A DNA stretch of 64,000 bases from Pyrodictiaceae archaeon (lineage in GTDB: Archaea > Thermoproteota > Thermoprotei_A > Sulfolobales > Pyrodictiaceae), in the NCBI GenBank assembly GCA_027036135.1, contig JALVSY010000016.1, forward strand, positions 160,001 through 224,000, read 5' to 3'. This document shows, one piece after another, positions 21,001 to 30,690 of the stretch. Position 1 is the first letter of the stretch; each line of letters starts with the position of its first letter. The translations under genes and the position numbers were made by a program. The notes under the pieces were generated by a model. That model was not told where the DNA came from. It did not search any database and worked only from the letters and a program-made list of their open reading frames with translations.

Positions 21001-21825
21001 CTAAGGCCTTATTACTGTCCCGGGCCCTACTCCCTTTATTGCCCCTATAATTCTTCCCTCTTTGAGGCCATTGACTATCCAGACTTCTCTAATGCTACTA
21101 CACCAGTTTTCTCTTATCGCGTCTAGTTTCCGCCTAATACCCCCGGTCACGTCTACGTGGCTGCTTCCACCAGCATGCTTAGTGGCTAGCTCAAGTTCAT
21201 GTAGTCTCAGCTCGGGGATGGGCTCGCCGCTATCTGTGAGAATGCCGTCAACGTCGCTTACATAGATTACTTTTGTCGCGCCAATGCGGCACCCCATCTC
21301 CATAGCTAGCTCGTCTCCCGACACAATACACCATCCCTCATGGCTCTCGCACGGGTATATGTCGCCATAGGTTAGGGGGACCACGTCCTTGCTGAGAGCT
21401 TGTAGGGCTTGTTGCCAGCTACAATTAGGTTGAAGTCCTCTTGGCGAGCATATCGCGTGCGGCGGGTATATGAGTGAAGGAATCCCGTTGAGCGCGAGTA
21501 CGTCTGCCACTAGTAGAGCAAGCTCGTTCATTGCCGCCGCTACAACGTATAACGCGTGTGCTGCTACCGAGTCATGCTCTCGTTGCTGCGCAGCTGCATA
21601 GTGCCCGTAGCTTCCTCCTCCGAGAACTATTGCTAGCTTTGCTCTTGTGTATATCTCTGCTAGCTCCTTCGCAACTCTGTTCATCGTGCCAAGGCTCGGC
21701 GTGAACGCCTCATCTTTACGCGTTATAATGCTTCCCCCTAGCTTTATAACAAAAATACTACTTCGTCTCCTAGCCTTGCCCCTGGCCTGCATACCCCATA
21801 TACCCTCTGGAGAGATGGAGTCCAT
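21001..21825 (-). CDS. Isopentenyl phosphate kinase (start uncertain)
   Basis: IKLGGS, GGGSYGH, SGD, DVTGGI. Confidence 0.88.
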   Translation of the reverse strand: MDSISPEGIWGMQARGKARRRSSIFVIKLGGSIITRKDEAFTPSLGTMNRVAKELAEIYTRAKLAIVLGGGSYGHYAAAQQREHDSVAAHALYVVAAAMNELALLVADVLALNGIPSLIYPPHAICSPRGLQPNCSWQQALQALSKDVVPLTYGDIYPCESHEGWCIVSGDELAMEMGCRIGATKVIYVSDVDGILTDSGEPIPELRLHELELATKHAGGSSHVDVTGGIRRKLDAIRENWCSSIREVWIVNGLKEGRIIGAIKGVGPGTVIRP

Positions 21826-22601
21826 TTACACCCCGGATCTGGGATACCTGCACCATAGAGCATATAGTATGCAGCATTCTCTATGCGCTCATATATTGAA
21901 AGGTCAGGTACTACATTGTCTTGACTATTCTCCCTAAGCTTAGCGGCTACCTCGATAACGTTAAGGCCTAGGAGCCTAGTTATCTCGGAATAGATAGGAT
22001 CCTCCAGCCTCCCTGTTATGTCGTCACCTATGTCTTCTTCGCCTACAAGCTCTAGGACTATCTCCCTATTACTTGGCAAATCTACGGGTTCTTCCCCCCT
22101 CCTATATATCAGGCTTTTTCCACGAATTATTGCTGCACGCATAGCCTCTAGATAATCGAGACCTACTCCACTCTCTCTATCTATATCATTAGCTGCTTGT
22201 AGCACCTCATCCATGGCTAACTCATAGCCACCAAGCTCTGAAACTGCTTGCACTATTGCAAGGCTCGCAGCAGCGTATATCGAGGAAGCGGGGGGGAATG
22301 AGACGCCTTTTACAGATATATCTAGTACCACGTGTAATGGTTGCTCCAGCCTAGCTGAGACTTCATCAACGAATGACTTTATTGCTAGCTCGTATCTCCA
22401 TCCCAGGGATACGCCGCTGGTCTTAACAGATGATGCCCTCTCTGCCTCCTCTATTCCAACTGCTATAGAAACAAGGCTTTGGTCCTTGCTGCGTAGAACT
22501 ATGTATGGATTAGACTTCCCGGGAAGAGGCACGCCATAATAGACTATCACTAGGGGCATACTATATCGCGTCTCTTCTCTGCTAAACCCATTATTACCCA
22601 A
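21744..22601 (-). CDS. Highly divergent mevalonate-kinase-like (GHMP) protein
   Basis: Occupies the usual mvk slot between MEMO1 and IPK; VYYGVP, PPASSIYAAA and SGVGLD are degenerate GHMP-like motifs. Confidence 0.5.
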   Translation of the reverse strand: MGNNGFSREETRYSMPLVIVYYGVPLPGKSNPYIVLRSKDQSLVSIAVGIEEAERASSVKTSGVSLGWRYELAIKSFVDEVSARLEQPLHVVLDISVKGVSFPPASSIYAAASLAIVQAVSELGGYELAMDEVLQAANDIDRESGVGLDYLEAMRAAIIRGKSLIYRRGEEPVDLPSNREIVLELVGEEDIGDDITGRLEDPIYSEITRLLGLNVIEVAAKLRENSQDNVVPDLSIYERIENAAYYMLYGAGIPDPGCKWTPSLQRVYGVCRPGARLGDEVVFLL

Positions 22602-22619
22602 TATCTTTCACCTGCCTAG

Positions 22620-23486
22620 CTAAGTGATCTTTATGGAGGCATATCCAACCACGCTTGTATCCCCGCCAGCTATGTCGCCGCTCGTCGCATAGGCTAGTAA
22701 CTTTGCTTGTTGAGCGCCTCGGAGCAAAGAATAATGTATTGCTGCTACAATGGGCCCGGGCCCGCAAACAGGAAGAGTATTATCCATTATCGTCTCGTAC
22801 ACCTTAGCTGCATCTAGCTCCTCGATCGCACTGATAATCCTCTTATCGTACTGGTATGCTTCGTCACGCGTAACATAGTGACTTAGATCGCTCGTAGCTA
22901 TGACTACGATACGTCTGCCGAACTCTTTCTCCGCCCCATATATTGCCTCGGCTAGCCTCTTAGCGTTCTCTATTGACTGATCATACATAGTTATGGCAAT
23001 TATTCTGAAGTTGTTCCCGAACAAGTATTGCAGGAACGGCAATTGGACCTCGATACTATGTTCGAAGAGGTGGGCTTTTTCATCGATGCTTTCCTCTCCG
23101 AGGAGCTGGGCAAGCTTCTCTACAAATTCTTCATCAACACTAGTCGTGCCTAGTGGGGTAATCCATTCCCCTCCGGGATATACCGCGAGAGGAGCACCAA
23201 GCCCTGTATGATTAGGGCCTATGATAACAAATGTTTCAGCACCACCGCTGAGGCCTAGCTCGTAGTAAGCATGGGCAGCTATGGGCCCGCTATACATTAC
23301 GCCAGCGTGTGGAACTATTAGAGCTTTTATCTCGCCGCCTTCCTCAATCTTCCTGCTTTTCTCGGGTAATTTTCCTGGGCCAAGAGGGTGTTGAAAACAC
23401 CACTCAATTTGTGAGCGTAGCGCGTCCCTGTCTGGCTCATAGAATATGCCTGCTACTGATGGGAATCGTCTAATTCGCTTAAGCAT
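22620..23486 (-). CDS. MEMO1 family protein
   Basis: VAGIFY, PHAG..YSG, GPNH, EHSIEVQLPF, SDLSH, CGPGP, VVGY. Confidence 0.92.
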   Translation of the reverse strand: MLKRIRRFPSVAGIFYEPDRDALRSQIEWCFQHPLGPGKLPEKSRKIEEGGEIKALIVPHAGVMYSGPIAAHAYYELGLSGGAETFVIIGPNHTGLGAPLAVYPGGEWITPLGTTSVDEEFVEKLAQLLGEESIDEKAHLFEHSIEVQLPFLQYLFGNNFRIIAITMYDQSIENAKRLAEAIYGAEKEFGRRIVVIATSDLSHYVTRDEAYQYDKRIISAIEELDAAKVYETIMDNTLPVCGPGPIVAAIHYSLLRGAQQAKLLAYATSGDIAGGDTSVVGYASIKIT

Positions 23487-23618
23487 TCATGTACGCCCAT
23501 TAGTACTTGCGTGTACAGAGCTATATTTATGGTAATAAGGAGGTTACGATGATTAGAGATTAAGTGTATATGCCGAAAAACAATCATGAACTAAGTTATT
23601 TGGAGACCTGGCTCAGTG

Positions 23619-24251
23619 TTACCAGCGTCTCCGCGGCCTGAACTCGAATGCCTCCGGAGGCTCTGGGAGGTCTTGGTCCGCTCTAAGCTTTCCTTGTTCT
23701 CTTAGGATTTCCCGTGCTAGAACCCAGTATGTGAGTGCTAGGCTTCGTCTACCCTTGTTGTTTACTGGTATGATTAAGTCGAGGTTGTCTATCCTATTAT
23801 CGGTGTCTGCTAGAGCTACAACTGGTATACCCATGCGGGCTGCCTCGTCGACAGCTTGGCTATCTGCTCTGGGGTCGCTCACCAGTATCACATCTGGCTC
23901 AAGGTACCACTCAAGGCTCGGGTTTGTAAAGGTGCCAGGCATTATTCTCCCGAGAACTGTTTTGCAGCCAACATAGGTGCAGAATTTCTGTACTGGTTTC
24001 TGCGCGTACTGCCTAACGGCGACTGCGACTATTTTCTGGGGCTCGAATCTTGCAAGGAATTTCGCGGCTATGCGTAGGCGTTCATCGGTCTTCCTTATAT
24101 CGAGTATGTAGAGGCCATCGGGCCTGACTCGGTATACGAAGCGGCGCATATATGCTGTACAGATGTGTGTACCTATGTGCATACCAGCTGATAGGTACCT
24201 CTCTAGTGGTAATAGGAGCTCAATAGTTTCCCTAGCCTGCTCGCCGCTCAT
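23619..24251 (-). CDS. rps2: 30S ribosomal protein S2
   Basis: [22 protein letters not shown]; start at ATG 24251. Confidence 0.95.
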   Translation of the reverse strand: MSGEQARETIELLLPLERYLSAGMHIGTHICTAYMRRFVYRVRPDGLYILDIRKTDERLRIAAKFLARFEPQKIVAVAVRQYAQKPVQKFCTYVGCKTVLGRIMPGTFTNPSLEWYLEPDVILVSDPRADSQAVDEAARMGIPVVALADTDNRIDNLDLIIPVNNKGRRSLALTYWVLAREILREQGKLRADQDLPEPPEAFEFRPRRRW

Positions 24252-24415
24252 AGTACTGCTTCCCCTCTGCGGAGACATGGATACCGGGTCTAAATATGCA
24301 TGATGCTCTACGTCCTCCGCGTCTGCCTCTAGGCCCCTGCTGAGCCCCGAGAGGCTTAGGAAAAACACGGGATACTAGCAATGAACGAAAGAGCATTGAG
24401 GAGAATATTATGCCC

Positions 24416-24616
24416 TTAGAGTATTCGTTTAAACTTCCTTACCTCATATATTGCTGGTACATGCGCTAGGAGGGTTTTCCTGCAACAATACCTCTTGACG
24501 CCGAGATCGTCTAGAACTTTTTCTGGGTCTTCTCCATTCTTTACTCTGCGATAGAACTCTTCCCAATATTGTGCCAAAGGTGCGCCGCAAGTAAAACAGC
24601 GAATAGGGACTATCAT
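24416..24616 (-). CDS. rpoN: RNA polymerase subunit N (Rpo10)
   Basis: [13 protein letters not shown]. Confidence 0.97.
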   Translation of the reverse strand: MIVPIRCFTCGAPLAQYWEEFYRRVKNGEDPEKVLDDLGVKRYCCRKTLLAHVPAIYEVRKFKRIL

Positions 24617-24623
24617 TTCCTTG

Positions 24624-25085
24624 TCACCTGTAGCTCTTCTGCCATCTCCTTCTAGCGCTCCTACGCATCGGCTTCTCTGGCTCAGTCTGCCTGGGGTCGC
24701 CAGATAGCATCGATCTATCGTATTCCTCGTATATCTTTCTCAGAGCCTCGCTACCAGTGTAGGCGACTAGGCCTCTTGCTATAGCCATCCTCACTGCATC
24801 TGCCTGGCTCATGTAGCCTCCACCGTGGACATTAACCTTTATGTCAACGCTGTTAGCTATATCCTCGCCAGCGAGTAGCAGGGGCTCCATCATCTTCCAG
24901 CGCGCCATCTCAATAGGCCATATCTCTAACGGGATACCATTTATCCATACACGTCCCTTACCGGGCTTTATCACTGCTCTCGCGATGCTCGTCTTCCTCT
25001 TACCTGCAGCCACTACTATCCGTACAGGTTTCTCTGTTTGCAGGTATGCGCCGAGGAGCCTAGGTCTCGCGGCCTCGCTGCTCAT
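24624..25085 (-). CDS. rps9: 30S ribosomal protein S9
   Basis: [23 protein letters not shown]. Confidence 0.97.
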   Translation of the reverse strand: MSSEAARPRLLGAYLQTEKPVRIVVAAGKRKTSIARAVIKPGKGRVWINGIPLEIWPIEMARWKMMEPLLLAGEDIANSVDIKVNVHGGGYMSQADAVRMAIARGLVAYTGSEALRKIYEEYDRSMLSGDPRQTEPEKPMRRSARRRWQKSYR

Positions 25086-25564
25086 TGCTTACTAAGCACC
25101 CCCCTCCATCCCAGCTTCTGTGCGAGTTCTCCTACACGTATAAACTTATGTCCCAGCCTGCTGGCATCAGCGAAGCTGAAGCGTGTGAACTCTTTGTTTT
25201 GGAGCTCCTTTGGCACACCTATGTATATTCTTAGTCTTCGCATTGCTTCACGGCCTTTCTGTTTCTCCTTGGGCAGCATACCCGTTATTGCCTTTTTCAC
25301 TATGAATATTGGTGAACGTGGCCTATGTGGTCCCCACTTATAGGGGTTAACATGTACCTTTAGTTCCCACCATATGCGATAGCTGTGGAATACCCTGAGA
25401 GGATCGCCACTTATCACTGCTTTCTCCGCATTAACTATGTATACTCTATAGCCTTCCAGAAGCTTCTTGGCAACGGCTGCCGCCATTCTTCCAAGTATCT
25501 GGTCTGTGGCATCAATGTATAGTACTCTCTCCGGCGGCTTAGGTGCCTCAACCTGCATAGTCAT
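25082..25564 (-). CDS. rpl13: 50S ribosomal protein L13
   Basis: IDA..QILGR, NAEKAVISG, GMLP. Confidence 0.95.
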   Translation of the reverse strand: MTMQVEAPKPPERVLYIDATDQILGRMAAAVAKKLLEGYRVYIVNAEKAVISGDPLRVFHSYRIWWELKVHVNPYKWGPHRPRSPIFIVKKAITGMLPKEKQKGREAMRRLRIYIGVPKELQNKEFTRFSFADASRLGHKFIRVGELAQKLGWRGVLSKQ

Positions 25565-25584
25565 GGGTAAGCACCCCGAGTAAG

Positions 25585-25956
25585 TTATATGATTATCTTT
25601 ACGTTGCTGCCACGCGGGTTCTCTTCTGCTAATTGGAGTATGTGAAGTACGCGGCCTCCAGCGCTAGTTATTTTGCGAACAGCTTCAGCGCTAAATGCTA
25701 TTGCAGCAACAGTTACTGGGTGATCGATGCTACCTGCTCCTAGTACCTTTCCAGGGACTACTACGGTGTCGCCAGCATTTGTGTATCTGTTTATCTTGCT
25801 TACATTAACCTCTACTCGTAGTCTCCTGGGTCTCTCTAGGAGCTCCGCTACGTATCGCCATATTGCTGCCTTGTACTTGTTAGCAGTACTTCTTAGCCGG
25901 CGTATAGTCATTCGCAGCACTATGTTTGTTGGCCCCGTTCTCTTCGTTACCTGCAT
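25585..25956 (-). CDS. rpl18e: 50S ribosomal protein L18e
   Basis: VNVSKINR, VVPGKVLG, NPRGSNVKII. Confidence 0.96.
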   Translation of the reverse strand: MQVTKRTGPTNIVLRMTIRRLRSTANKYKAAIWRYVAELLERPRRLRVEVNVSKINRYTNAGDTVVVPGKVLGAGSIDHPVTVAAIAFSAEAVRKITSAGGRVLHILQLAEENPRGSNVKIII

Positions 25957-25970
25957 GTCTCTTCACACCC

Positions 25971-26822
25971 CTAACTTTGTCCCCGGCGTAGCTCCCTTAT
26001 CTGTGCTAGGAGGTTTTCAGCTTTCCTAACAATTGCGCTAATTGCCTCTAGCAAGATGGTCTCGGGTGGCAATGCACCTGTAGACTCAACCTTGAGTATG
26101 AATTCCTTATCATCATAGGTTAGCTTAGCTCCCTTCTCGCATTTCTTTGTAACACACCAGTAAAGGCCGGAGGTGTTTATGTCGTCGAGTATCCTTAGTG
26201 TGCCTTTGCGCATGTTCTTTATCTTCTCTGCTATCTGGGGGTAGCTCATCTCTATGCACTTAACACACTCATTACTCATCTCATCTAGGTCAAATTCCAG
26301 GACTGGAACATACTTGTGTGCAGCAACGCTTACTGGCATCCACTTTGCATGCTCTTTCCCGTAGCCGAGGCGAGCATATGCTTGGAGGCGGAGCCTCTGG
26401 TCTGGGGCCATTAGGACTATTGGCATATTATCGTAGACTGGTTTTACGTCTGGGTCACTAGTCTCTAGGTCTCCGCTATAGACCATTCTTTCTTCCTGTG
26501 GCCCTGTCTCAACCTCTAACCGAAAAGTTACATAGCAATCAAGGTCTCCTAGTTTCGCATTTACGCATTCTTCTGGCCGCTTATACTTCTCTAGAGCCTC
26601 TTTACTGGTAAGAGGTATCATAGCCAATCTATGAGCTATTATCTCGTCATAGAGCACCGTGTTATTATCGAATACCTCTACAAGGTCAATAGCCATAACT
26701 GGTACATCGGTGTAGCTTGCTCGCCTAACGGCGTTTACGAGGGGGAGGGGATAGCCCTTGATACGTATTCTTATTGTGTTTGCGGCCCTCTCTACTATAC
26801 ATATGCTCCTTTGCTCATCCAT
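25971..26822 (-). CDS. rpoD: RNA polymerase subunit D (Rpo3)
   Basis: NAVRR, DEIIAHRLAMIP, GKEHAKW, VESTGAL. Confidence 0.95.
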   Translation of the reverse strand: MDEQRSICIVERAANTIRIRIKGYPLPLVNAVRRASYTDVPVMAIDLVEVFDNNTVLYDEIIAHRLAMIPLTSKEALEKYKRPEECVNAKLGDLDCYVTFRLEVETGPQEERMVYSGDLETSDPDVKPVYDNMPIVLMAPDQRLRLQAYARLGYGKEHAKWMPVSVAAHKYVPVLEFDLDEMSNECVKCIEMSYPQIAEKIKNMRKGTLRILDDINTSGLYWCVTKKCEKGAKLTYDDKEFILKVESTGALPPETILLEAISAIVRKAENLLAQIRELRRGQS

Positions 26823-26943
26823 ACCACATACCTCGATAACGTAGAGCTGAGGCCCCGTATAGGGCAATAGGTTATGGAAAATACATTGGAGTGATAAACT
26901 GACCCTGGTTTAGAGAATTGAAACTTAAAATGGCTTCATTATG

Positions 26944-27345
26944 TTAGACGCGGCGTCCTCTTCTACCGCCTGGCCTTCTCGTAGTATCGTGCGGCAGCGG
27001 TGTTACATCTTCTATTCTTCCTATTATGAATCCTGCACGTGCAAGCGCCCTTATTGCTGCCTGTGCACCTGGACCCGGCGTCTTTGGGCCGTGACCACCA
27101 GGTGCTCTGACCTTTATGTGAAGAGCGACTATGCCTTTCTCCATTGCCTCTTGCGCGACACGGCTTGCTGCGAGCATAGCGGCGTAGGGGCTTGGCTTCT
27201 CTCTATCGGCTTTTACCACCATGCCTCCGCTGGCGCGTGCAACTGTCTCTGCACCAGTTAGGTCGGTTATGTGGATTATTGTGTTGTTATAGCTCGAGTA
27301 GATGTGCGCAACTCCCCATTTTATCTCACGAGCCGAGAACGCCAT
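26944..27345 (-). CDS. rps11: 30S ribosomal protein S11
   Basis: [23 protein letters not shown]. Confidence 0.98.
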   Translation of the reverse strand: MAFSAREIKWGVAHIYSSYNNTIIHITDLTGAETVARASGGMVVKADREKPSPYAAMLAASRVAQEAMEKGIVALHIKVRAPGGHGPKTPGPGAQAAIRALARAGFIIGRIEDVTPLPHDTTRRPGGRRGRRV

Positions 27346-27366
27346 GCAGGCTCACCTCTCATGGAG

Positions 27367-27909
27367 CTAGCCTTGCTCCGGAGCTTGTTGCTCGGAAGTA
27401 GTTGTCTCGGATTCCGTGAGACGCGCTCTTAGTGGACTAGTAGGTGCATAATCTATCAAGTCTTCTTCATGTCTTTTGACAAGGTAGCCTGGGCTACGTA
27501 TCCGTCTCCCAGCTATCGCTATGTGGCCATGTACTATTAGTTGACGGGCCTCGTAGATTGAGCGGGCAAGTCCTTTGCGGTAAACTATTGTTTGTAATCT
27601 TCTCTCGAGGAAGTGCTCAGCTGTTAGGCCTAGGACATCGTCTAGGGTTGCATTCTCGGAGAGGACTCCTAGCTCGTGAAGCTTAGCTAGGAGGAATTTT
27701 GCTTGTTTCTCCCTAGCCTCGGGTGAGAGAGCTAGTAGGCGACGGGCACGGTGCCTAAAGTAGCGTGCAAGAGTCTCTAGTTTCCAGAGCTCCCTCTTGT
27801 TGCGAAGCCCGTACTTGCCTACTAATTCTATCTCTTTTACTAGGCGCTCCTTTATCCATGGATGCTTGGGGCCAACCCACGTCTTTCGAGGCTTCTTGGG
27901 ATCACCCAC
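27367..27909 (-). CDS. rps4: 30S ribosomal protein S4
   Basis: MGDPKK, YGLRNKRE, LERRLQT, ARQLIVHGH. Confidence 0.97.
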   Translation of the reverse strand: MGDPKKPRKTWVGPKHPWIKERLVKEIELVGKYGLRNKRELWKLETLARYFRHRARRLLALSPEAREKQAKFLLAKLHELGVLSENATLDDVLGLTAEHFLERRLQTIVYRKGLARSIYEARQLIVHGHIAIAGRRIRSPGYLVKRHEEDLIDYAPTSPLRARLTESETTTSEQQAPEQG

Positions 27910-27928
27910 AGCTTATCACCTACTCCTC

Positions 27929-28402
27929 TTATCTCCTTCTCTTCACTCCTATCGTCATACCCAGGCGGCCGGTTGTGGCTGTTCTCTGGCCACGTACCTT
28001 GAGGCCTAGTGCGTGGCGTATACCTCTCCAGCTCTTTATTCTCTTCTCCCTCTCTATGTCGCGGCGCACATAGTATATAAGATCGGCTCCTATTAGGTGT
28101 AGGTCCTTGCCAGTCTCGTAGTCCTTCCTCCTATTAAGCATCCATGCAGGAACGCCGACAGCAAGAGGGTTTGAGAGAGCACTCTCTATTTTCTCTACCT
28201 CAGCATCTGTTAGGAATCCTATGCGCTTGTTCGGATCTATTCCCAGTAAGCGGCAGAGAGTAAGGGCTAGGTTTACCCCAACACCCTTAATGAGGGCCAG
28301 GCCATATGGAACCTTTAAATCACCGGGTATATCTGTGCCCGCAATCCTAACAATATACCTGTATTGCTGCTCGCTCAGCCCGTACCACCTCGCTACCCAC
28401 AT
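27929..28402 (-). CDS. rps13: 30S ribosomal protein S13 (true start possibly CTG at 28378)
   Basis: IKGVG, WMLNRRKD, RGIRH, VRGQRT. Confidence 0.97.
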   Translation of the reverse strand: MWVARWYGLSEQQYRYIVRIAGTDIPGDLKVPYGLALIKGVGVNLALTLCRLLGIDPNKRIGFLTDAEVEKIESALSNPLAVGVPAWMLNRRKDYETGKDLHLIGADLIYYVRRDIEREKRIKSWRGIRHALGLKVRGQRTATTGRLGMTIGVKRRR

Positions 28403-28625
28403 CCCGCGGAGAAGCCTATGCAGACCCCCTCTATAAGTGAAGCTGCTCAGCCGCCACGGTAGGCGTCAATGCCCCCTAGGGGCTCGAATGGGCAAGTCCT
28501 CATCACAGCAGCTTTATTCCTACCTATAATAGTGTTTCCCCGCCATTCTTAGATATACTCTTCTTGCATTGCACCCTCTCTGAATGAGAGAATAGGAGAA
28601 GAACGAGTTTGATATATGCATGCTC

Positions 28626-28700
28626 TGGTGCCGCCGCGGGGATTCGAACCCCGGACCGCCCGGTCTTCAGCCGGGCGCTCTCCCGCTGAGCTACGGCGGC
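28626..28700 (-). tRNA. tRNA-Phe(GAA)
   Basis: Full cloverleaf GCCGCCG...CT-GAA-GA...TTCGAAT...ACCA. Confidence 0.96.
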
Positions 28701-28887
28701 ACCCGTGAAGATTACAGCGATATAGGTCCCCCTTCTTAAGACTTGCCGCTTACAAGACCATACTGGTCTCAGCTTTTCCGGCTATCTTCATCCCGTTGGG
28801 GATGGTCAAGAGACCCTCTTCTCAGCACCACCAAGGCAAATATACCCCTGGGAGGGGAGTATAAGACTTCGTAATTGGGCTTGAGGA

Positions 28888-28966
28888 GCGGCGGTCGTCT
28901 AGCCTGGACTAGGACGCCGGCCTTCCAAGCCGGTGATCCCGGGTTCAAATCCCGGCCGCCGCACCA
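28888..28966 (+). tRNA. tRNA-Gly(TCC), integration site of the island
   Basis: Full cloverleaf with CT-TCC-AA loop and encoded CCA. Confidence 0.96.
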
Positions 28967-29300
28967 ATTCCACATACCTTACAGGGACCTTCTCCTGCAA
29001 TTCATACAACTCCTACGTTTCATACATCACATTAAGCTGTGAAACACAAGTATACGAATCCATCCAGAGTATTAGGGTATTAGAAGAGCCCCGTGTTGGC
29101 CTGGTACTCTCAGTCGGACTCAAACATGTTAGACCATAAAACGGGTCTGCGTATTCTGCGCTTACCCTTAGAAGTATGGGAAGCGGGCTATTATGAGGGC
29201 TCTCAGTGTTATAACGTATCACGCTCTGGCATTGTTTGAGCGGCAGCAGGATACCTGGCGACAGCCTCCTACACTATTCTCCGGAAGGTTAGTTTCATGT

Positions 29301-29750
29301 CCCGAGTTCAAGCAGCTAATAGCAGCCACCAAAAGGCTGCGAGCGCTAAGCATACTTTAAGATAACGACATCATAGACTATGGCCCAGCTCTAAAGGTGC
29401 TGACAATCGCCAAGCAAGACGAGCATTCAGAACAAGTGCTATCACACTTCGTGGTGTGAGAGTTCCGTAAAGATCTTAAAGAAGATGTTAGGCATAAGCT
29501 TTTGCAGGCATTAGGCTTGAGTAGAGCTGGGACTTCGGACACTACCTATCTGAGAGGAGGAAGAAGTCCAGAAAGGGTGTTGTGAAGAAGCAAATCACGT
29601 ACTACCACAACCTGCTCGAATAATATCTCGAAGACAGAAAGCTTGCGAAGAGTCTGGTGGAATAGCAGTTACTACCGCAGCTTGTAGGAGGACCGGAAGC
29701 CATCTTAAACAGATACACTCCACTTGAAAAACCTAGAGCTGCTATCTGAG
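29301..29750 (+). pseudogene. Decayed archaeal tyrosine-integrase fragment
   Basis: Manual translation KRLRALSIL*DNDIIDYGPALKVLTIAKQDE...HFVV*EFRKDLK then, after a frameshift, YLSERRKK...ITYYHNLLE*YLEDRKL; resembles (from recall) the N-terminal region of crenarchaeal integrases. Confidence 0.55.
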
Positions 29751-29759
29751 CCATGCTTT

Positions 29760-30420
29760 TCTTTAAGAGTGCAAGAGTAAACTCTTTCTTTGCTCTTGAT
29801 GCTGTCTGGGTAATAATTTGCCCGTCTCTATGTTATTTCAAAAGGTTTTCTAGCTTATTAAGTTATGTCAAAACTCTTTCAAAACATCTAATGGTTTCTT
29901 CATAAACAACATGGTTTTATATACGCTCTATTTATTGAAGTATTTAGCTGCATAGAAACAGCTCTCGGCAATGTATTCCTCACAAGAATGTATGTCTTAA
30001 ACTATTTTATTCTAATTCAGCCTCTAGCCATCTTACATATCTTTGTTTTAAATATTGTCTAAGATTTACTAATATTCTTAATTAACTGTTTGATTAAAGT
30101 AGCTATTCTATGAACGCTTATTCTATTCCTGATGATACATGTATAGATGTATTCCATTAATCCATCATAGTCAAGTCCTAGTTTTCAAGTAAGTGGACAC
30201 ATGCATATAATCGCTACTATATCTCATAGTAATGTTTTTATCTAGCTAAATATTTCTTCATTAAAATTACTGATTTCTTTGTTATCAATGTTATGTTGAA
30301 TACTAAAAATGATTTTGGAGAAGTTTCCTAATTCATTAATACATGCTTCGCAGCTGCTCAATGCCCTCTTTTCTTTGATTTTATTCTACATGTTCTATGT
30401 ATCATACTTTTCTACATCAG
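29760..30420 (-). pseudogene. AT-rich decayed coding remnant, unknown family
   Basis: One minus-strand frame reads protein-like but has several TAG/TGA stops. Confidence 0.3.
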
Positions 30421-30690
30421 GCCAGGATTAAGTACCAGCATTAGGTGAACTGGAGTTCCTAGCAGAAACATATCAGGATTTGAAATTTGAGGCGGGAATG
30501 AGAGAACTATCATTAGGCCTAAGACTTCATAGGGGGAAACTAGTGCCGAGTTGAATCTTCGCAGGCATATAAGCTAAAAACAAAGTGTCACATAGCACTA
30601 GAGTTGTGTGAAAGAGGCAAAGAATGATAATAGGCATGGGTTCAAAGTTCAAAATACATTATCAAGATTAATTGATGTGCCGGCACCCCA

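Noticed and set aside
1822-28436. Many 60-145 aa plus-strand ORFs opposite housekeeping genes
   Set aside because: Antisense shadows of well-supported minus-strand genes, with no motifs
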